Translations under genes and position numbers: made by a program
NCBI GenBank assembly: GCA_965215565.1
Contig: CBDCDZ010000004.1
Coordinates: 640,001-704,000, forward strand
Direction: 5' to 3'
From: Trueperaceae bacterium
GTDB lineage: Bacteria; Deinococcota; Deinococci; Deinococcales; Trueperaceae
Length of the DNA: 64,000 nucleotides
In this document: one piece after another, positions 59,057-64,000 of the stretch
Layout of the letters: each line of letters starts with the position of its first letter
Numbering within the stretch: the stretch's first letter is position 1
The notes under the pieces: generated by a model
The model's input: the letters and a program-made list of their open reading frames with translations, nothing else
Database searches by the model: none
Told to the model about the DNA's origin: nothing

Positions 59057-59445
59057 AGTGCTCACTCAGCACCGTGAGCTTCAAGACTTCACGCTGCCAC
59101 AAAGAGAGTTTCCTCTTCGTCAACTTCGCTAGTCTACATTCGCATTCTTACTGCGCTCCCAGGCGTCTCCCGAACCCTCTTAGGTGTTTCCGTGGGCACA
59201 TCTAACCCGTTGACCTCGCACTGCTCGGCGCGTCTGTGTGCGCTTCTCGCGTAACCTTCTCTATCCAAACCCACCTCATACCTCGTTATACCTCGTTGCT
59301 TAAACCGTCTAACTATGGGGACACCTCTTTAAGATGCGGAGCGACGCATCCAGAACCTGCGCTTTCAAGATGGGGCTTCGCGGCAGACCTAGCTCGTGAG
59401 CAGCCACAGGCGCAGCAAATCACTGGAGGCTCGAGGAGACGATGT

Positions 59446-60618
59446 ATGACACACATCTACCGAATTCTATCGTTTTTGCTCTTTGTAGGCTTTTTAGCGG
59501 GCTGTAGCAGCGGAACGCAAGAGGCTGTCGAGGAGCAGACCACCTTCGCGACGTACACCTTCGAGGCGGAGTCCGACGGGATGGCGCTCACGGGGCGCTT
59601 GGCACTCGACATTTTAGACAACGGACCGGAACGGCTCTTTACAGGCGCGCTCATCCTGGAGGACGGAACGCGGCTCCTCTCGAGCGGCACGATCCGGGGC
59701 AACTTCATCCGCATCGGCTTTCGCGGGGATAACATCGAAAGCTTGGGCGTGAAAGAGCTAGCCATCTTCGGGTGGGGCGCGCTGGAAGGTGACGGTGCGT
59801 ACGCAGGTGACTTCATTGCGGAAGCCACGCCTATGACCGAAGAGGGTGGACCGGAAGAGCGTACGACGGGCACCTGGAGCGCAACGCCGACCTCGCAAGA
59901 TGACGAACCCGACGAGGACAGTTCGGGCGGCGATACAGGGGGCAGCGAGCCCATTGACGAATCTATAACGCTAGCCGAACGCTACACATTAATTGCCTCG
60001 CTCGGAGGTAACAGCTCGGCTAGAGGTGAGCTTACCCTCGAGCCTACAGAAGGCGGCAGGTACGAAGGCGTCTGGACCCTCGAGGATGGCGCTCAACTTG
60101 CAGCGACGGCTGCTGTGGAGGGCGAAAACGTCGAATTCACCTTTTCTAACGAGGAATTGGAGATTGACATCGTCGGAACTGGACAAGCTGGCGACGACGG
60201 GCTACTCACGGGCAAGTACGAAGGCGAAGTCTTCGGCGAGCGTGTCACTGGGCGTAGCTGGACGGCTGAGCCACTTTCACCAGACGACGAACCTGGTGAG
60301 GACCCAGCCCCACCTTCTGACCCAGGCGACGGTGAGACAGAACCCGGCACAGTGCGCGTCGATATCACCGTGGATTCAGAGAACGTGAGCGGCACCGTTA
60401 CAATTGAGAGGATATTAGAAAGTGATGAGGTCGAAGTGGTCGCCTCGAGCGAGTTCGCTAGCTCGGGTCAGGGCAGCAGCGCAGCGCAGACGATTGAGCA
60501 GACGCTCGAGCCCGGCGACTACACCCTCAGGATCGCAATTGACGGCTTCGATAGTAACAATGTGATACCTTTCGAACTCGAGCCCGGTGAAGACGAAACG
60601 TTCAATCTAATCGTCTAA
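59446..60618 (+). CDS. Acidic lipoprotein with two repeated beta domains and an Ig/PEGA-like C-terminus
   Basis: LAGC lipobox; repeats G.L.L...G...LEDG..L...WSA/WTA; GAGGAG RBS. Confidence 0.75.
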   Translation: MTHIYRILSFLLFVGFLAGCSSGTQEAVEEQTTFATYTFEAESDGMALTGRLALDILDNGPERLFTGALILEDGTRLLSSGTIRGNFIRIGFRGDNIESLGVKELAIFGWGALEGDGAYAGDFIAEATPMTEEGGPEERTTGTWSATPTSQDDEPDEDSSGGDTGGSEPIDESITLAERYTLIASLGGNSSARGELTLEPTEGGRYEGVWTLEDGAQLAATAAVEGENVEFTFSNEELEIDIVGTGQAGDDGLLTGKYEGEVFGERVTGRSWTAEPLSPDDEPGEDPAPPSDPGDGETEPGTVRVDITVDSENVSGTVTIERILESDEVEVVASSEFASSGQGSSAAQTIEQTLEPGDYTLRIAIDGFDSNNVIPFELEPGEDETFNLIV

Positions 60619-60797
60619 CCTCTTCAACACTACCTGAACGTTCTTTGGGCGCTTCTTCGCAGTTTCGCAAGCGAGAGCCCAAAGAGCGTTTTTCTTGATC
60701 GCCTTTACACTTTACTGACTTGACACTTCACTGTCCTAAAACAATGTCGTACGCTCAGACCAAATAATGCTCGCCGTGCGTGTGATAGCGTACCCTC

Positions 60798-61886
60798 ATG
60801 ATTCACCCCATTCATGAAAAATACGCCAAACTTCTAGTCGAATACTGCACGAGCGTTCAAGAGGGCGAAAACGTCTCTGTCAACGTAGATACGCCCGCCG
60901 AACCGATGGCGCGGGCTGTCGTCCGTGAAGTTTTACGCGCAGGCGGCAACCCCGTGTTGCGCATGAACTACCCTGAAATGACGGAGGACGTGCTCGAGCT
61001 TGCCCCCGAGTCCTACTACGACGCCGAGCCGACCCTAGCTTTAAGCGAAATTAAACAAATCGACGCTTTCATCCGCGTGGGCGCACCCGTGAACAGCCGC
61101 GCTCTGCAAAACGCCGACAAAAGCAAGGTTTCGCGGCTCCAGAAGAAGAACCGCCCCGTTCAAAACATCCGTGTGCGCGAGACCAAGTGGTGCGGCACGC
61201 TCTACCCGACCCCTTCGGGCGCACAGGACGCGGGCATGAGCGTGTCCGAATACGAGCGGTTCGTCTACGGCGCGATGTTTTTGTTCGACGACGACCCTGT
61301 CGCCAAGTGGAAAGAGATTCACGACTTCCAAGCGCACCTCATCGAGCGTCTGAGTAAGGCGAAAGAGGTGCATATCAAAGCGGAAGGAACCGACCTCAAA
61401 CTGAACGTAGGCGGGCGCACCTGGGTCAACAGCGACGGACACAAGAACATGCCCTCGGGTGAGGTCTTCACAGGTCCGATTGAAGACAGCGCGAACGGGC
61501 ACATCACCTATATGGTCCCTAGCGCGGTGCGCGGCGTCGAGGTGGAGAACATCCGCGTGACCTTCCAGAACGGCAAAGCGGTGAAAGCCGAAGCCGAGAA
61601 GGGCGATGACCTCTTGCAGTCGCAGCTTGACACCGACGAAGGCGCACGTTACTTAGGCGAACTCGGCATCGGCACGAACTACAACATCCAAACCCCGACT
61701 AAGAGCATCCTTTATGACGAGAAAATAGGCGGGACGGTGCACCTAGCGCTCGGGCAGTCCTACCAGGAGACGGGCGGGACGAACGAGTCGGCGATTCACT
61801 GGGATATGATTTGTGATTTGCGTAAGGGTGGGGCGATTTATTTGGATGGGGAGTTGTTTCAGGAGGATGGGACGTTTAGGGTTTAG
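60798..61886 (+). CDS. Aminopeptidase, M29 family (AmpT/PepS-like)
   Basis: NMPSGEVF, LGELGIG, LYDEK, HLALG..Y and N.SAIHWD motifs. Confidence 0.92.
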   Translation: MIHPIHEKYAKLLVEYCTSVQEGENVSVNVDTPAEPMARAVVREVLRAGGNPVLRMNYPEMTEDVLELAPESYYDAEPTLALSEIKQIDAFIRVGAPVNSRALQNADKSKVSRLQKKNRPVQNIRVRETKWCGTLYPTPSGAQDAGMSVSEYERFVYGAMFLFDDDPVAKWKEIHDFQAHLIERLSKAKEVHIKAEGTDLKLNVGGRTWVNSDGHKNMPSGEVFTGPIEDSANGHITYMVPSAVRGVEVENIRVTFQNGKAVKAEAEKGDDLLQSQLDTDEGARYLGELGIGTNYNIQTPTKSILYDEKIGGTVHLALGQSYQETGGTNESAIHWDMICDLRKGGAIYLDGELFQEDGTFRV

Positions 61887-61904
61887 GAGCTTGTCAGCGG
61901 TTCA

Positions 61905-62804
61905 GTGAGTCAGATCATCAGGAGGATGATGAAGTTCGTTCAAACGAGTACAGAGTACGAGCAATATGTACGTGATATTCAGCAGGCGTTATTGAAAGCT
62001 CAGAAACTTGAAACAGTTGAGGCGCTTCATGACATTGAGCTGATGGGTAGTTCGGGACAACCTCATCAGATTGACGTTTACTGGGAGTATAGATTAGCAG
62101 GGGTTACACACAAAGTGGCTTTAGAGTGTAAGCTTCGCAGACGTAAAGTTGATTTGGGAATTGTTAGAGATTTCTGGGGCGTTATTGACGATATATCGGG
62201 CTTGCGAGGAGTCATAGTTTCACCTCTTGGATTTACGTCAGGAGCAGTTCGATACGCTCAAAGCAAAGGAATAGGCTTGAAAGTTATTCGCCCAGCAAAC
62301 GAAGAAGATTACGAAGGTCGTATAAGAGCAATCTGCGTGATTCTACTGCTCAAACAAGCTACAAATTTACACCTTTACATGAGCATTGACCAAGACTGGT
62401 ACAAACTAAACAGAACTCCCCAGCTTGAAGAATTCGTAGCAAATACATCTGGCAAGCTAATTCACACTGATGCAATAGTTGAAGACCGCGATTCTGGAGA
62501 AGTAATTGTAGTCGCAAAGCTGCAAAATCATGTTCCAGTGTTAGAGATAGAAGACATTTCTGGCACACATACTTGGACAAAAACCTTTGATAATGGTTAT
62601 ATTGTTTATCCCGACTATGAGCTAAAGCTAAATAGCATTGAGGTCAAGTACGAGATTCACCAGCTAGAGGAATCTGTAGTTGTAGGTGGCGAAGATGTCG
62701 CGCACGTGCTTGTCGAAGACGCCTTAGCTGGAACGCTATTATTTGTTGACGAACAGGGCTTGATTTCTGGTGACACTGATGAAGAAGGAATTATTGAAAA
62801 CTAA
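61905..62804 (+). CDS. Mrr_cat-type PD-(D/E)xK restriction endonuclease-like protein, AT-rich
   Basis: YEQ, G.SG..HQIDV, ECK and GFT.GA..YA motifs. Confidence 0.8.
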   Translation: MSQIIRRMMKFVQTSTEYEQYVRDIQQALLKAQKLETVEALHDIELMGSSGQPHQIDVYWEYRLAGVTHKVALECKLRRRKVDLGIVRDFWGVIDDISGLRGVIVSPLGFTSGAVRYAQSKGIGLKVIRPANEEDYEGRIRAICVILLLKQATNLHLYMSIDQDWYKLNRTPQLEEFVANTSGKLIHTDAIVEDRDSGEVIVVAKLQNHVPVLEIEDISGTHTWTKTFDNGYIVYPDYELKLNSIEVKYEIHQLEESVVVGGEDVAHVLVEDALAGTLLFVDEQGLISGDTDEEGIIEN

Positions 62805-62904
62805 ACAGTACTTTAGCCTCGAGCCCTACCCCTCAACCCAGAAACTCGAGCCTCCAAAACTATCTTCAAAGGGCGCGTGCTAGAATGATGAAAGGAGGTG
62901 TAGC

Positions 62905-63099
62905 GTGACGGTCAAACCTAAAACCATCGGCGCGTCTATGCGTCAGCTTCGTCAAAAATGCAGCTCCGGTGAGACCTCCTCCGCTATCCCACAAGCGATG
63001 GTCGAGAGTATCCGCCAGTCTATGAAGGTTGAAGGCTACGACCTCTCCGCCGAAGAGGTGCGCGAGGTGGCGGAACGCCTACTCGAAAAAGCGGCTTAG
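62905..63099 (+). CDS. VbhA/FicA-like antitoxin
   Basis: SMKVEG fits the (S/T)xxxE(G/N) inhibitory motif; AAGGAGG RBS; precedes Fic. Confidence 0.75.
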   Translation: MTVKPKTIGASMRQLRQKCSSGETSSAIPQAMVESIRQSMKVEGYDLSAEEVREVAERLLEKAA

Positions 63100-63103
63100 A
63101 CCT

Positions 63104-63787
63104 TTGTCAAAGCATGTGCGAAAAACTGAACCCTTGGAGACGCTCGAGGGGTTGCTCGTTGATTATGAGGAGATCGAGCCCTATCTCATCGAAGGGGAGA
63201 TAAAAGGACGCACATGGGCGCTAAACAAAGCAGTTTCGTATTGGCAAGCTGAACCAGGTACCGTTGCATCCATTCCTTCAGATGGAGACATCTACGCTTT
63301 GCACCGTGTGATGTTCGAGCACATTTTTGAGTGGGCAGGAAAACCGCGAACAAAGGATAAAGGACCAGGCGGCATCGTTCACGTACCTTTTTACGAAGTG
63401 CGTCAGCAGCTAAGGTTCAGATTTGAGAATTTGAACTTTCGAGTTTCCGAGCACCGAGCAGAAGAGGTTGATATAGACTTCGCCGCAAAGGTTATCGCAC
63501 AAGCGCATCACGACTTTGAATATGTACATCCTTTTACAGATACGAACGGACGCACGGGCAGGACGTTAGACCATTGCACCCTTTGGTACACGCTGGGTAT
63601 TGTGGGCGTAAATTTGCATACCTCACCTCAAATCCTGTATTTTCCTGATGAGGAATACGAGAAGATGTATTTTACGGCACTCAAAGATGCCGATAATAGC
63701 GGCGACCTTTCACTTCTCACGGCTTTTTATAGAGATAGAATTGATGCAGCTATTGAAGAGGTAGAAGAGCGAGTATCACAAGAATAA
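63104..63787 (+). CDS. Fic-domain protein
   Basis: LHRVMF...WAG..R and HPFTDTNGRTGR; start uncertain. Confidence 0.88.
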   Translation: MSKHVRKTEPLETLEGLLVDYEEIEPYLIEGEIKGRTWALNKAVSYWQAEPGTVASIPSDGDIYALHRVMFEHIFEWAGKPRTKDKGPGGIVHVPFYEVRQQLRFRFENLNFRVSEHRAEEVDIDFAAKVIAQAHHDFEYVHPFTDTNGRTGRTLDHCTLWYTLGIVGVNLHTSPQILYFPDEEYEKMYFTALKDADNSGDLSLLTAFYRDRIDAAIEEVEERVSQE

Positions 63788-63883
63788 CCTTCGAAACTTA
63801 TCATTTCAGCCCCCCGCCCCAACCCTCAACTCAGGAACTCGAGCCCCACGCTAAACTAGACGTCTAAGCGGAGGTCTAGCCAG

Positions 63884-64000
63884 ATGGCTTCAGAACAGCG
63901 AAAAGTTACCGTGACGTTGCCCGAGGGGTTACTCGAGCGTCTCAACAAAACCGTCCCTAACCGTCAGCGTAGCCTCTTTATCAGCGAAGCGATTGAGGAG
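63884..64000 (+). CDS. CopG/RHH antitoxin-like protein, cut by the window end
   Basis: MASEQRKVTVTLPEGLLERL....RS.FI.EAI; GGAGG RBS. Confidence 0.7.
   Translation, partial: MASEQRKVTVTLPEGLLERLNKTVPNRQRSLFISEAIEE

Noticed and set aside
59045..59057. TCCGTATA in the palindromic repeat matches the IS110 right-donor sequence
   Set aside because: Only 8 bp, part of the repeat's own stem, and with no target or left-donor flank
59150..59410. Possible c-di-AMP or c-di-GMP riboswitch before the lipoprotein
   Set aside because: Only a fragment (CCCGAACCC..CTAACCCG) resembles the consensus; needs a covariance-model search
1..64000. CRISPR array, tRNA or rRNA
   Set aside because: No regularly spaced repeat-spacer run, cloverleaf or rRNA signature seen; the repeats are dispersed hairpins and MITEs

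Overview
Bacterial chromosomal window, most likely Deinococcota (Truepera-like). This is inferred from MglAB, DUF402, RqcH, many leaderless TANNNT-N5-8-ATG starts and frequent CTCGAG. Core genes (trpE/trpG/trpD, lpdA, fba, aconitase, glgX, rlmN, mpg, rraA, M29 aminopeptidase) are mixed with accessory GNATs, SDRs, c-di-GMP enzymes, toxin-antitoxin modules and relics, and a dense set of nested repeats. Main results: (1) An intact IS110 element (41666-42791) has a left non-coding end that reads as a bridge RNA. Its guides match the end of a resident MITE family and its own circle junction, which also builds a TTGACA-N18-TATATT promoter. Two orphan half-junctions and three short hairpin inserts occur at the same TC core elsewhere. 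(2) A three-gene operon encodes a lipoprotein with Ig and cohesin-like domains and a dockerin-bearing pseudo-metalloprotease. (3) A 24-bp hairpin sits in frame in hicA and in another repeat. No rRNA, tRNA or CRISPR array was recognised. All calls come from reading the sequence by eye; no database searches were run.
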